A stretch of 64,000 nucleotides of DNA from IMG/VR virus record IMGVR_UViG_3300033121_002239, positions 9,025-73,024 of that record, one strand, 5' to 3'. Below are positions 1 through 8,779 of this stretch, in pieces; within the stretch, counting starts at the first letter, position 1; every line of letters starts with the position of its first letter. The notes beneath the pieces were generated by a model, which made no database searches, was not told the DNA's origin, and saw only the letters and a program-made list of their open reading frames with translations. Origin of the DNA: a virus. Taxonomy: Duplodnaviria; Caudoviricetes. The position numbers and the translations under genes are program-made.

Positions 1-617
1 CCGACGTCTTCGACGCGGGCACCCACGAGGACCGCCCGCAGGAGATCGACACAGGCCACGACGCCGGGGCGGGTGAGGACGTGGGGGACGCTCCGACGGA
101 CGTCGACGCGGGCGCAGTTCTCGACGTCCGCGGCGACGCCGTCGACGTGCCGGGAGACATCAACGGGATGTCATGCGCGACAGAGGGGGAGCGGCAGTGC
201 GCGGACCCCCACACGATGCGCCTGTGTCGTGGCGGACGGTGGGCGGCCATCCCGTGCGGGGTCGCCGTGGATGGGTTGCGGGACGAGTGCGCAGCACCCA
301 CGAACGCCTGTACGCGAAACCGACTCGCTTCGGGCTCCTCGTGCTCGAACGACACGCAGTGTAGTGACGGCTACGCCGTGTGCCTCGAAACGGGCTGCAT
401 CTGGGGAGCTCCCCTGAGTTCGTGCTTCGACGACACCGACTGCCGTTCGCGCTTCGGAGCGAGCGCTGTGATTCGGTGTGCGACCGCGACGATCTACAGC
501 ACTGCGGCGAGGGTCTGCGTGGACGTGCGGTACGACGTCCGTCCCTGCGTTCACGACCGCCAGTGCTTCACAGGATGGCGGTGTAACTATGCTGTAGGAG
601 TCTGCGTCCCACGGTGA
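1..617 (+). CDS. Cys-rich surface lipoprotein paralog 1 (5' end outside window)
   Basis: Frame is open from nt 3. An acidic DAG/DTG linker is followed by an 18-Cys C-terminal domain that aligns with 11495..12373 and 42498..43304. Confidence 0.75.
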   Translation, partial: DVFDAGTHEDRPQEIDTGHDAGAGEDVGDAPTDVDAGAVLDVRGDAVDVPGDINGMSCATEGERQCADPHTMRLCRGGRWAAIPCGVAVDGLRDECAAPTNACTRNRLASGSSCSNDTQCSDGYAVCLETGCIWGAPLSSCFDDTDCRSRFGASAVIRCATATIYSTAARVCVDVRYDVRPCVHDRQCFTGWRCNYAVGVCVPR

Positions 618-687
618 CGGCACGCCCGACGCGTCCGCAACCCGCCTGCCCTCGGCGCTCGTAGCGGCCGGGCGGGGAGGATACGGT

Positions 688-969
688 ATGCTCGCAACGA
701 ACATGGCGACCACGAAGACGAAGAAGCCCACGAAGGCACGGAAACTCACGCTGGCGGAGGTCGGACGAGAGGCTGCGAAGCGGGCGCAGAGGGATACGCT
801 GCTTGCGGAGCTCCGCGCGCAAGACTGGAACCTCTCGGCGGTGGCTCGGGAGCTCGGACTCAGCAACCCCTCAAACGTCTTGCGCTCTATCAAAACCCTC
901 GACCTCGACGCCGAGTACGAGGCCGCGAAGGACGCGGGGAAGATCGTCAAAGGCCCGCGCTCTGAATAA
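688..969 (+). CDS. Small Fis-like HTH DNA-binding protein
   Basis: LRAQDWNLSAVARELGLSNPSNVLRSI resembles a Fis/HTH_8 motif. Paralog of 13531..13824. Confidence 0.65.
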   Translation: MLATNMATTKTKKPTKARKLTLAEVGREAAKRAQRDTLLAELRAQDWNLSAVARELGLSNPSNVLRSIKTLDLDAEYEAAKDAGKIVKGPRSE

Positions 970-1022
970 TAGTCACCGAAGACAAGATTCACTGTTGACT
1001 ACTAGTCACGGGTGAGTATAGT
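970..1022 (+). promoter_or_regulatory. Sigma70-like promoter with overlapping palindromic operator
   Basis: TTGACT (995-1000), 16 nt, TATAGT (1017-1022). Palindrome TGACT-act-AGTCA at 996-1008. TAGTCAC repeated at 970 and 1003. AT-rich island. Confidence 0.6.
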
Positions 1023-1033
1023 TCTCTCGTCCC

Positions 1034-1222
1034 TTGCGTGACCCGTTCACGTCGCGCGGGACGGAGGACTTCGTGTGGCCTGACGACCTCGACACGACCG
1101 ACGATGGCGCGCTCCCGTGGGAGCGTGCGTGGATGCCCGAGGGCAGTGAGTATGAGGGAGGAGACGACCCCGACCTCGGCGCGCACGAGTGGGTGAGCAT
1201 GACGGCCGGGAGGGCGGCATGA
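1034..1222 (+). CDS. Small acidic hypothetical protein
   Basis: First ORF after the promoter, D/E/W-rich with an LPWE motif shared with 13926..14156. ATGA overlap with the next gene. Confidence 0.45.
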   Translation: MRDPFTSRGTEDFVWPDDLDTTDDGALPWERAWMPEGSEYEGGDDPDLGAHEWVSMTAGRAA

Positions 1223-1560
1223 GCCTCACGGAGCTCTTCGAGCACGTCCGCGCGCACGCGACGACCCACGGCCGCAAGGCCCTCGCGTTGCGTCTCCTGC
1301 ACGCGCAGGGCGAGGCGCACGGGGGCATCGCCTTCGCGGAGCTCACGCGCGAACTCGGGCGGGAGGTGGGGCGGGCGACGGACGTGGTAGTCATGGACGT
1401 GCAACAGGGGTGGCAGGACATGAACCCCGACACGCTCACCCGCGACGCCCGACACGCGGTGCATCTCGCCCGCATGGCCCTCGCGGCGGCGGAAGCGATG
1501 GAGCGGGAGGTCGAGGCGCACGCGGCCAAGGTCCGACACCACCGGGGCGAGGGGCTGTGA
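1219..1560 (+). CDS. Hypothetical protein
   Basis: ATG start, translationally coupled on both sides. Confidence 0.55.
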   Translation: MSLTELFEHVRAHATTHGRKALALRLLHAQGEAHGGIAFAELTRELGREVGRATDVVVMDVQQGWQDMNPDTLTRDARHAVHLARMALAAAEAMEREVEAHAAKVRHHRGEGL

Positions 1561-2819
1561 TCGTTCGCCGCGGATACCGCTATCGCATCTACCCGACGCC
1601 CGAACAGGTGGCGCGGTTGGAGGCGTGGGAGGGGGCGCTGAGGTTCCTGTGGAACGTCGCCCATGAACAGCGCCTCCACGCCTACAGTCGGTGCAAGGTG
1701 GATCGTCGGTATCCGACGGCGTTCGAGCAACGACGCGAATTGACGGAGCTTCGCACGGAGCTCCCATGGTTGGCCGATGTGCCGCGACACCTGTGCGATA
1801 GCGTGCTTGAGTCGTTGGACTCGGCGTGGGAGCGATGCTTTCAGCGACTCGCACGCGAGCCGCGCTTCAAGAGGAAGGGGCGAGACCCGTCGATCATACA
1901 CGAGTCCGACGACAGACTGTTCCGTGTCGAGGGCGACGGTCGTCACGCTTCGGTGATCTTCCCAAAGCTCGGAGCGATCCGCGCGGTGGTTCATCGTCCC
2001 CTCGTCGGCAAGGCGAAGTCCTGCACGCTCACGCGCGACGGGGATCAATGGTTCGCATCGATCTCGTGTGAGCTCGACGCCCCCGACCCCACCCCCTCCA
2101 CGAAGCCGCCCGTCGCCATTGACCGGGGCGTGGCGGTGCTCCTCGCAGACTCCAACCGGCGCACGGTCGAGAACCCGCGTGTGCTCGAACACCTGCAACC
2201 GCGAATCGCTCGCGCGCAGCGCACCGTTGCGCGGCGGGCGAAGGGATCGAAGAACCAGAAGAAGGCACGGGCCAAGGTCGCGCGGCTCCAGCGCAAGGCC
2301 CGTCGTCAGCGTGAGCATCACCTGCACGTCGAGTCGCATCACTACGCCAAGAACCACGGCGCGGTGATCGTCGAGGCGTTGAAGGTGCAGAACATGACCC
2401 GCAGTGCCCGCGGGACCGTCGAGGCGCCGGGGGTGAACGTCGCACAGAAGGCGGGGCTCAACCGCGCGATTCTTGACGCAGGATGGGGACGGTTCGCGTC
2501 GATGCTGCGCTACAAGGTCGAGGTGGAGGGAGGGCGGGTGATCGAAGTGCCCGCCGCGTACTCCTCGCAGACGTGTAGCGCGTGCGGCGTGGTCGATGGG
2601 GACTCGCGGCGCGAACAGGATGTGTTCCTGTGCATCCACTGCGGCCACCTCGACAACGCCGACGTGAACGCCGCTCAGGTATTGCTTGCGCGTGGGCTGC
2701 ACGCGCTCGCCGTGGAAGCCACGGGGACAGGCTGTGGAGGGCTCGCCACCGGGCGCCCGACGAAGCAGCAACGCCGCGTCGTGAGACGGGGCACTCGGCG
2801 CGTCACCGCGTCGAGGTAG
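1557..2819 (+). CDS. tnpB: IS200/IS605-family RNA-guided endonuclease TnpB
   Basis: N-terminal RGYRYRIYPTPEQ HTH, RuvC-I AIDRGV, RuvC-II VIVEALKVQNM, zinc finger CSACG...CIHCGH, RuvC-III DNADVNAA. GTG start overlaps the upstream stop. Confidence 0.92.
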   Translation: MIVRRGYRYRIYPTPEQVARLEAWEGALRFLWNVAHEQRLHAYSRCKVDRRYPTAFEQRRELTELRTELPWLADVPRHLCDSVLESLDSAWERCFQRLAREPRFKRKGRDPSIIHESDDRLFRVEGDGRHASVIFPKLGAIRAVVHRPLVGKAKSCTLTRDGDQWFASISCELDAPDPTPSTKPPVAIDRGVAVLLADSNRRTVENPRVLEHLQPRIARAQRTVARRAKGSKNQKKARAKVARLQRKARRQREHHLHVESHHYAKNHGAVIVEALKVQNMTRSARGTVEAPGVNVAQKAGLNRAILDAGWGRFASMLRYKVEVEGGRVIEVPAAYSSQTCSACGVVDGDSRREQDVFLCIHCGHLDNADVNAAQVLLARGLHALAVEATGTGCGGLATGRPTKQQRRVVRRGTRRVTASR

Positions 2820-2958
2820 TCTTACGGTGCTCGAACCACGACGGCCCGCCCGGGTGGCGTCGCGGCGGGGAGGCGACGGCGCCGAAGCGCACCGGGGCGC
2901 TCGGGATCGCGGCCGTCGCGCCGAAGGCCAGGAGCAGGAGTCCGAGCGGGTACCTCAC
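2803..2958 (-). CDS. Small ORF with signal-peptide-like N-terminus, overlapping the tnpB 3' end in antisense
   Basis: MRYPLGLLLLAFGATAA..., with a GTGA overlap on the kinase stop. Not in the ORF track. Confidence 0.35.
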   Translation of the reverse strand: MRYPLGLLLLAFGATAAIPSAPVRFGAVASPPRRHPGGPSWFEHRKTTSTR

Positions 2959-3530
2959 CGGAGGTTCGCGCGGTCGAGCTGGAGGTACGCGACGACCTTC
3001 GCCATCGACTCCATGAGGGGCGCGTCGGTCGAGACCTCGACCGAGCGCACGCGCGTGTCGGCGAGCGCCCGGTAGCGTTCGCGCATCGCGTCGCGCCGGG
3101 GGTCTTCGTCGAGCGCGGCGAGCGCCGAGGCGACCCGCGGGCGGCTGCGGAGGCGCGCATTGAGCACCGCATCGGGCGCGGTGAGGAGGACGAGCACGGG
3201 CTCAATCCCCATCTCGGCGAGCGTGATCTCCTCGGCGCGCGCGAGCTCGGCGGCCCACCGCGCGCCCGTCACCGCGTAGCTCGTCCAGTGCGAGCGGTCG
3301 AGGAGATGCACGCCCGGGAAGTCGCGGACGAGGCAGTAGATGTGCGCGCGCTCGTACGCGTACCAGTACGCGCGGCGCACGTCGTCGGAGAGGTCCTTGG
3401 GGTCGTAGGGCGTCGCGTGGACGTGCCGATGCACGTGCGCGCCCTTGCCCGTGAGTTCGCCCGCGACGGCGGAGAGGATCGTGCCCTTCCCCACCGCGTC
3501 GGGACCGTCGATCATGTAGAGCGGTTTCAT
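2955..3530 (-). CDS. tmk: Thymidylate (dTMP) kinase-like P-loop protein
   Basis: Walker A DGPDAVGKGT and the DRSHWTSYA motif. Confidence 0.75.
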   Translation of the reverse strand: MKPLYMIDGPDAVGKGTILSAVAGELTGKGAHVHRHVHATPYDPKDLSDDVRRAYWYAYERAHIYCLVRDFPGVHLLDRSHWTSYAVTGARWAAELARAEEITLAEMGIEPVLVLLTAPDAVLNARLRSRPRVASALAALDEDPRRDAMRERYRALADTRVRSVEVSTDAPLMESMAKVVAYLQLDRANLR

Positions 3531-3564
3531 GCGCGGGCTCAAAGCAGAATCCGTGCACGCGCGA

Positions 3565-3978
3565 TCACTCGTCCTCCGTCGCGTCGTCGCGCTCGACCTC
3601 GGAGGCTTCCTCCGCCTCTTCGCACCAGCGGCAGATGAGCTTTGTGTACCCGGAGCACTCGGCCGTCGCCTGGCAGGTGAGGCACGCGCCCGTCTTGTCG
3701 TCGCGGTAGCGTTCGGCCACCTTCGCGCGCCGCTCCGCCAGCGTGGGGAGAGCCGCTTCGGTCGCCCTGGCCTCGCCCTCGGCCCTGCGCCGCTCCGCTT
3801 CTTCGTGCTGCTGGCGCCGCTCCGCCACCACGCGCTCGATCACCGAGGAGTCGAGCACCATCGGGCTGCGTGCGCCCTCGCTGCGCGGCACGTAGACGTT
3901 CGCCGCGAGGAGCCAGAGCCGGAGCTGTTCGCGCGAGATGTTCAGCCGATCGGCCGCCGCGGAGATCGTCTCCGTCAC
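3565..3978 (-). CDS. Putative DNA-binding (excisionase-like HTH) protein with coiled coil and C-terminal Cys cluster
   Basis: TISAAADRLNISREQLRLW; CLTC...C..C..C. Confidence 0.45.
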   Translation of the reverse strand: MTETISAAADRLNISREQLRLWLLAANVYVPRSEGARSPMVLDSSVIERVVAERRQQHEEAERRRAEGEARATEAALPTLAERRAKVAERYRDDKTGACLTCQATAECSGYTKLICRWCEEAEEASEVERDDATEDE

Positions 3979-4670
3979 GGCGACGCCTCGGGCTTCGAGC
4001 GTTCGGCCTGCACCTCCGCCCACCGACGAAGCGCGAGTTCGCGCCGCAGCTCCTCGGCGGCGTAGCGACGCAACCCACGGTCAATGTACATCACGGTGAG
4101 GAACAGCCACGCGCTGAGCGCGAACCCCGTGATGTACGCGCCCAAGTGCGCGACCCCCACGGCGTCGGCCACCGCGACGAAACCCGCGACCGCCGTGATG
4201 AAGAGGACGAGTTCGTGCAGGAGCGCGCGCCACATCGGGGGCTGCGGGGTCGTGAGGAGCGTGCCCTCTTCGGGGGTGAGGTCGCGCGCCGTGACCGCGG
4301 CCAACACGCGCATCGTGCTCGGCGTGAAGAAGTCGCCCACGTCGAGGGCCTTCCTGTCCGCCGCCGTGAGTTTGTGCGTCCACATCTCGATCCCCGCGCC
4401 GGGCTTGCTCGTACGGACGAACCCCTCCCCGGGCGACTCGTCCGTCACGAGGTCGCGGCCCGCGTCGGTGATCGTGTAGCGCCGTACGCGGAGGCCACGC
4501 CCGTCACGCGGGATGTCCTCGGACGTGAGGAGACCCTGGCCTTCGAGCGTGGCGAGGTGCACGTACACGGTGCCGCGCTGGAGCGAGCCCTCGGCGCCGT
4601 CGACGAGCTCCTGGCCGGTCTTCGGCCCGGTCGTGAGCTGGTGCAGGATCGTGAGGTGAGTGGCGTTCAT
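3975..4670 (-). CDS. PadR-like winged-helix protein with C-terminal transmembrane helices
   Basis: GSLQRGTVYVHLATLEGQGLL...RRYTITDAGR, then two hydrophobic segments. Confidence 0.65.
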   Translation of the reverse strand: MNATHLTILHQLTTGPKTGQELVDGAEGSLQRGTVYVHLATLEGQGLLTSEDIPRDGRGLRVRRYTITDAGRDLVTDESPGEGFVRTSKPGAGIEMWTHKLTAADRKALDVGDFFTPSTMRVLAAVTARDLTPEEGTLLTTPQPPMWRALLHELVLFITAVAGFVAVADAVGVAHLGAYITGFALSAWLFLTVMYIDRGLRRYAAEELRRELALRRWAEVQAERSKPEASP

Positions 4671-4701
4671 GGTCGTCGCGGGGTCGCAAACCACAGGCCA
4701 C

Positions 4702-4911
4702 TCATCCGATGGTGCGCCCTCGAAGGGTTATGGTGAAAGGCACGAGGACGTGAACGGGGCACGCTTGATTCCGCCGCCTCTCGGCCGCAAGACCACGCGC
4801 CCAGAGATCGGCGATCTCGCGGTACGGCGCGGCCTTCTCCAGTGTGGTTCCGTGAACGATCTCCGTCAGAGGAATCCCGTTGAGGAGATCGTTGTCGTCG
4901 GGGGCACTCAT
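4702..4911 (-). CDS. Hypothetical protein
   Basis: ATGA-coupled small ORF. Confidence 0.4.
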   Translation of the reverse strand: MSAPDDNDLLNGIPLTEIVHGTTLEKAAPYREIADLWARGLAAERRRNQACPVHVLVPFTITLRGRTIG

Positions 4912-5216
4912 GGTGGCGGCGAGATCGCAAGGCCCACGCCACCCGGGGTACACCCGGCGTTGAGGCGCTCGAGCGTCGCGCGCTCGCCCGCGGCGAGGGC
5001 GGGGAGACGCTGGCAGACGAGGACGAGGACGGCCTGAGTGAGCACGCGCACCGAGGCTCGCGCGCCCGTCCCGCCGCCCGCGTAGCGCCGCACGGTCGAC
5101 TCGCTCTCGCCCGCGAACGCCGCGACCTCGGCGAGGTCGAGCTCCGCGAGGAGCGCCGCGAGGAGTCGTTGCGCGTCCGCGTCGAGGGTCTGAGAGGGCT
5201 TCGGGCGACGGGCCAT
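4908..5216 (-). CDS. HTH-containing hypothetical protein
   Basis: LAEVAAFAGESESTVRRYAGG HTH-like motif. Confidence 0.5.
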   Translation of the reverse strand: MARRPKPSQTLDADAQRLLAALLAELDLAEVAAFAGESESTVRRYAGGGTGARASVRVLTQAVLVLVCQRLPALAAGERATLERLNAGCTPGGVGLAISPPP

Positions 5217-5256
5217 CACCCGTCCCGTGCGCGTCAACGTGGCGCGTGGTTGGCGT

Positions 5257-5844
5257 TCAGTCGTCCTCCTGCTCCGCGGCGTCGATCGCGAGCGACTCGA
5301 AGAAGTCCACGAGGGCCACGACGAGCTCGTCGAGCGTAGCGCACGCTTCGTACCCCCCTTCCCACGCGTCCTCCCAGGTGTAGAGGTCCCCTTCGGTGCC
5401 GTCCGTCCAGCGCACGCGGAGGTGGTAGGCGGTGAAGCGAAGCTCCGGGGGCACGCCGGGCGGATCGGGCAGGAGCTCGGTCACGAGGATGCGCGCGATC
5501 TCGGCGAGCCGCTTCCAGCCGACGCGCGGCGTCCCCGAGTCGGAGCCCCACACCGCATCGAGGAGCGCCACCGCGTCGGCGGAGAGGGAGGTGGGGGGCT
5601 TCGCGCGCGTCGTGGGGTCGAGGCCCTCCGCGGCCGTCATCTCGCCGTCCGACCAGTACGCCCACCGAGCGGTCGCGTGCGCGAGGTCGGCGGCGACGGC
5701 GCGTGTCTCGACGGTCGAGCGCAACGCCACGTCATGTCCCTTGGCGCGGTCGGCGCCCTCGGCGCGCTGCGCGCGTTCCTCGACATCGCGCTCGCACAGG
5801 CCCTCCCGCGGTAGCTCGAAGGGGTGTACGCTCCGCGCGTGCAT
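5257..5844 (-). CDS. Hypothetical protein
   Basis: 195-aa ORF with normal composition and an acidic C-terminus. Confidence 0.5.
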   Translation of the reverse strand: MHARSVHPFELPREGLCERDVEERAQRAEGADRAKGHDVALRSTVETRAVAADLAHATARWAYWSDGEMTAAEGLDPTTRAKPPTSLSADAVALLDAVWGSDSGTPRVGWKRLAEIARILVTELLPDPPGVPPELRFTAYHLRVRWTDGTEGDLYTWEDAWEGGYEACATLDELVVALVDFFESLAIDAAEQEDD

Positions 5845-6017
5845 CCCTACCGCACACCCGCTCCCGTCCCGCGATGGCGGCTCACGCCCTACCGGGCCAT
5901 CGTGCTTGTCTCGGGCATCGCGGGCTTCGTGGCCCTCGTGTGGATCGTGCGCGTGCTGGGGCGGGTGTTCGAGGCGTGGCAGGCCGGGTGAGAAATCGAC
6001 AGCCCTCCGTCGATTGT

Positions 6018-6059
6018 CTCTAGAGTCTACTTGACGCGGTAGGCTCTAGAGTCTATCTA
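6018..6059 (+). promoter_or_regulatory. Sigma70-like promoter bracketed by direct-repeat operators
   Basis: TTGACG (6031-6036), 17 nt, TATCTA (6054-6059). CTCTAGAGTCTA occurs at 6018-6029 and 6044-6055. Confidence 0.65.
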
Positions 6060-6108
6060 TCACCTTGCGAGCGGGCGATGTGCCCGACGCGCGAAGGAGT
6101 AGACGACC

Positions 6109-6351
6109 ATGAACACCGCGACCATCGACCACACCGACACCCGCCTCCCTCTCGACGCTCGCCGCCCCGGGCTCCACCTCGTAATCCGCCCGACCGCTGA
6201 CGCGCCGCGCGGACAGACGCTCCCCGCGGCGTTCGGCATCGTGTCGCAGCACACGACGCGCGCCGCGGCCGAGACCGCGCTCGACGCGCAGTACGACGGC
6301 GCCCGCGCACAGGGCGGCTACTGCCGCGACATGATCGTGGTGACCGAGTAG
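6109..6351 (+). CDS. Hypothetical protein
   Basis: Strong AAGGAG RBS, ATG start. Confidence 0.6.
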   Translation: MNTATIDHTDTRLPLDARRPGLHLVIRPTADAPRGQTLPAAFGIVSQHTTRAAAETALDAQYDGARAQGGYCRDMIVVTE

Positions 6352-6422
6352 CCCACTACCCCGCCCCAACACAGCCGCGCACCCGTGAGGGCCGCGGCTT
6401 GGGGCGTTGAGGAGACACGACC

Positions 6423-7436
6423 ATGCAAATCACCAAAACCCTTCTCTTTTCGCACGGTACGAAGATCACCGCGCACACCGTCGAGCTCGCCGTCACCACG
6501 ACGGACGCGCAGCCGTGGCCGACCGAGGGCACCGAGTGGACCGTCGCGTCACGATGGACGACGGCCGAAGAGGCCGAGGATGCCGCGCGCAAGCTGATCG
6601 CGGACGAAGCCGACGCGCTGCGCCGGGACGGCCTGACGGCGGTCGTGTCGGAAGACGGTCTCGCGGTCGCGTGGGTGGACGACGCGATCCCGCATCGTCG
6701 CCACGCCGTGCGTGTCCGCGAGACGACCGTACGGGTGCCGACCGGGACGCCCACCACCCGCCTTGCCCGCCTCGCGATCGAGCTCTCCGGGCTCACGCCC
6801 GACCCGCGCTCTCTCGCCGCGCTCGAAGCCGCGGAGCGCGGGGGCGCGACGGACGACACCTTCGCGAGCGCGAAGGCCGCGACCGAAGACGCGCGCGGTC
6901 GTCGCGCCGAGAACGTCGCGCTCGCGATCGAAGCCGCGGTCGGCGCGCAGGTCTTCCCTGGAGCCGAGACTTTTGCGACGGCAGCCGCGACCCGCGTGAT
7001 GGACGCGGTGCGGCTGCGTGCTCACGCCGAGCGTGACGCCCAGGTGCGGGCACTCGTCGGGCCCTGGACCGAGGCGCACGCCGAGACGGAGCGCGCCCGA
7101 CTGCGGACGCTCCCCGCCGAGCTCGTCGCTGCGCTCGGTCGCGTGCGCGAGGTTCTCCCGGGCTACGAGCCCGACGAGGACGCGCGGCGCTGGATCGACC
7201 GCCCCGAGGTACGCACCTACGAGGTCGAGGGCGCAGGGGCGGATCAGACGGTCGAGGGCACGTCGTCTGAGGATGCCGCGCACGAGGCCGCTGCGATCCA
7301 GTACGGCGCGCTCGGCGCAGTCACGGTGCGCTTCGTCGATCGCGGCTCGGACTCGGCCACGCTCGGCGTCTACGAGGTCGAGGTGGACGGCGTGCCGCAA
7401 GCGCGGCGACTCGTCGTGCGTGAGGCGTCGCGGTGA
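6423..7436 (+). CDS. Hypothetical protein (337 aa)
   Basis: GAGGAG RBS and a long ORF with typical codon pattern. Confidence 0.65.
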   Translation: MQITKTLLFSHGTKITAHTVELAVTTTDAQPWPTEGTEWTVASRWTTAEEAEDAARKLIADEADALRRDGLTAVVSEDGLAVAWVDDAIPHRRHAVRVRETTVRVPTGTPTTRLARLAIELSGLTPDPRSLAALEAAERGGATDDTFASAKAATEDARGRRAENVALAIEAAVGAQVFPGAETFATAAATRVMDAVRLRAHAERDAQVRALVGPWTEAHAETERARLRTLPAELVAALGRVREVLPGYEPDEDARRWIDRPEVRTYEVEGAGADQTVEGTSSEDAAHEAAAIQYGALGAVTVRFVDRGSDSATLGVYEVEVDGVPQARRLVVREASR

Positions 7437-7696
7437 GCCGCCCCATCTCGGACTGGCGCACGCTCCTCCCGACGCTCTGGACGACTCTTCGCGCCGACGC
7501 GCCCGCATGGGTGTCCGAAGACACCCGAGCACACGCGCAACGCCTTCTCACGGCCCTCACGGCCGACGTCGAGAGGGCGATCGAGAAGGCCGGGAGCGCG
7601 AAGGCCGCCGCAGCCGTGCTCGGTATTGACGCCAACCTGATCAGCCGGTGGCGTCGGGCGAAGATGCTGGCACGGCCGGATGATGAAGATGCTTGA
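7433..7696 (+). CDS. C-terminal HTH protein (possible autoregulator of the 6.1-7.7 kb operon)
   Basis: AGSAKAAAAVLGIDANLISRWRR. Confidence 0.55.
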   Translation: MSRPISDWRTLLPTLWTTLRADAPAWVSEDTRAHAQRLLTALTADVERAIEKAGSAKAAAAVLGIDANLISRWRRAKMLARPDDEDA

Positions 7697-7781
7697 AAGG
7701 ACGCTCGCGCGCCGAGACCCTCGGCGAGTGCGGTCAGCAGTGATGCCGTAAGGCGCTAACGAACCACTGCCTCGTGTGCGC

Positions 7782-8732
7782 CTACCACGCGAGGCCGCTC
7801 CCGAGGAAGGCGGTGAGGCGCTGCGCGTCGGTCATGACGGCCGTGAGCTCCGCTTCGCGCTGTGCAAGCACGTTCCGCGGCGACGGCCGCTCCGCCCACG
7901 TGCGGTCCACGTCGAGGAGCGTTTCGCGGAGGAGGTCGAGCTCGACCGCACGCAGCGCGCCCTCGCCCACGGGCAGGGCCGCGAGGCCGAGGAGCCGGTT
8001 GCGGATGGCGTCGAGGACACCGCCCGCGCCGTTGCCGAGCGTGAGGGCGCTGCGGATCTCGGGCACGGCGCGCTTCAGGTGCACGAAGGGGAGCACCAGC
8101 AGGCTCTCGTCCTGGGAGCCCGTGCCGCCCTCCGTGGTGAAGTCGAGGTCGTCGTAGACCTCGCTGTAGGAGCCGAGGCGGAGGATTACCTTGCGGTGCG
8201 TGGCGTCGCCGTCCGACGCCGCGTCGACCTCGACACTCACGCGCCCGCCCGCGATGCCGATCTCGCGGGCCTCGATGCGCGCGACGGGCGCTCCGCCGCC
8301 GTCGAGGATCGTGTCCCAGGCGCGCGCGGGCGCCGGGTCCGTGAAGGGGTCGGGGAAGGGCACCGAGTGCTCGCCGAGGACGATGGGCCCGCGGGTCGTC
8401 TCGGCGATGCGCGGCGTGAGGGTCGTGCCGTAGCTCGACTGGTAGACCACCTGCGCGGCTTCGAGGTAGCGGCAGAGGTTCGTGGCGCGCGTCCAGACCG
8501 GGCCCATCGCCGTCGTCCACGCGGTGAGCGCCTCATTGTAAGCCGTATCATCCGCAACGACCGTCGCGCGGAGGCGTGCGTTGTCGGCGTCGTACGCCGC
8601 GCCGATCGCGTTCAAGCGCGCGAGGAGCCCCTGGCCGTAGAGCTTCGCGGGCGCGTCGGCCGCGAGGGAGAGGTGCGCGAGGGCCGTCACCAGCGCGTCG
8701 CGCGTCGTCGTCCAGACGATGACCGAGGGCAC
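7782..8732 (-). CDS. Hypothetical, possibly virion-associated protein
   Basis: 316 aa, GGAGGG RBS, GTG start. The internal RVSVEVDAAS...EVYDDL segment is reminiscent of a sheath domain. Confidence 0.55.
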   Translation of the reverse strand: MPSVIVWTTTRDALVTALAHLSLAADAPAKLYGQGLLARLNAIGAAYDADNARLRATVVADDTAYNEALTAWTTAMGPVWTRATNLCRYLEAAQVVYQSSYGTTLTPRIAETTRGPIVLGEHSVPFPDPFTDPAPARAWDTILDGGGAPVARIEAREIGIAGGRVSVEVDAASDGDATHRKVILRLGSYSEVYDDLDFTTEGGTGSQDESLLVLPFVHLKRAVPEIRSALTLGNGAGGVLDAIRNRLLGLAALPVGEGALRAVELDLLRETLLDVDRTWAERPSPRNVLAQREAELTAVMTDAQRLTAFLGSGLAW

Positions 8733-8779
8733 GCTTCTCCCCTCCGGTCAACCTCGGATGACACGGCGGGAAGGGCGGC

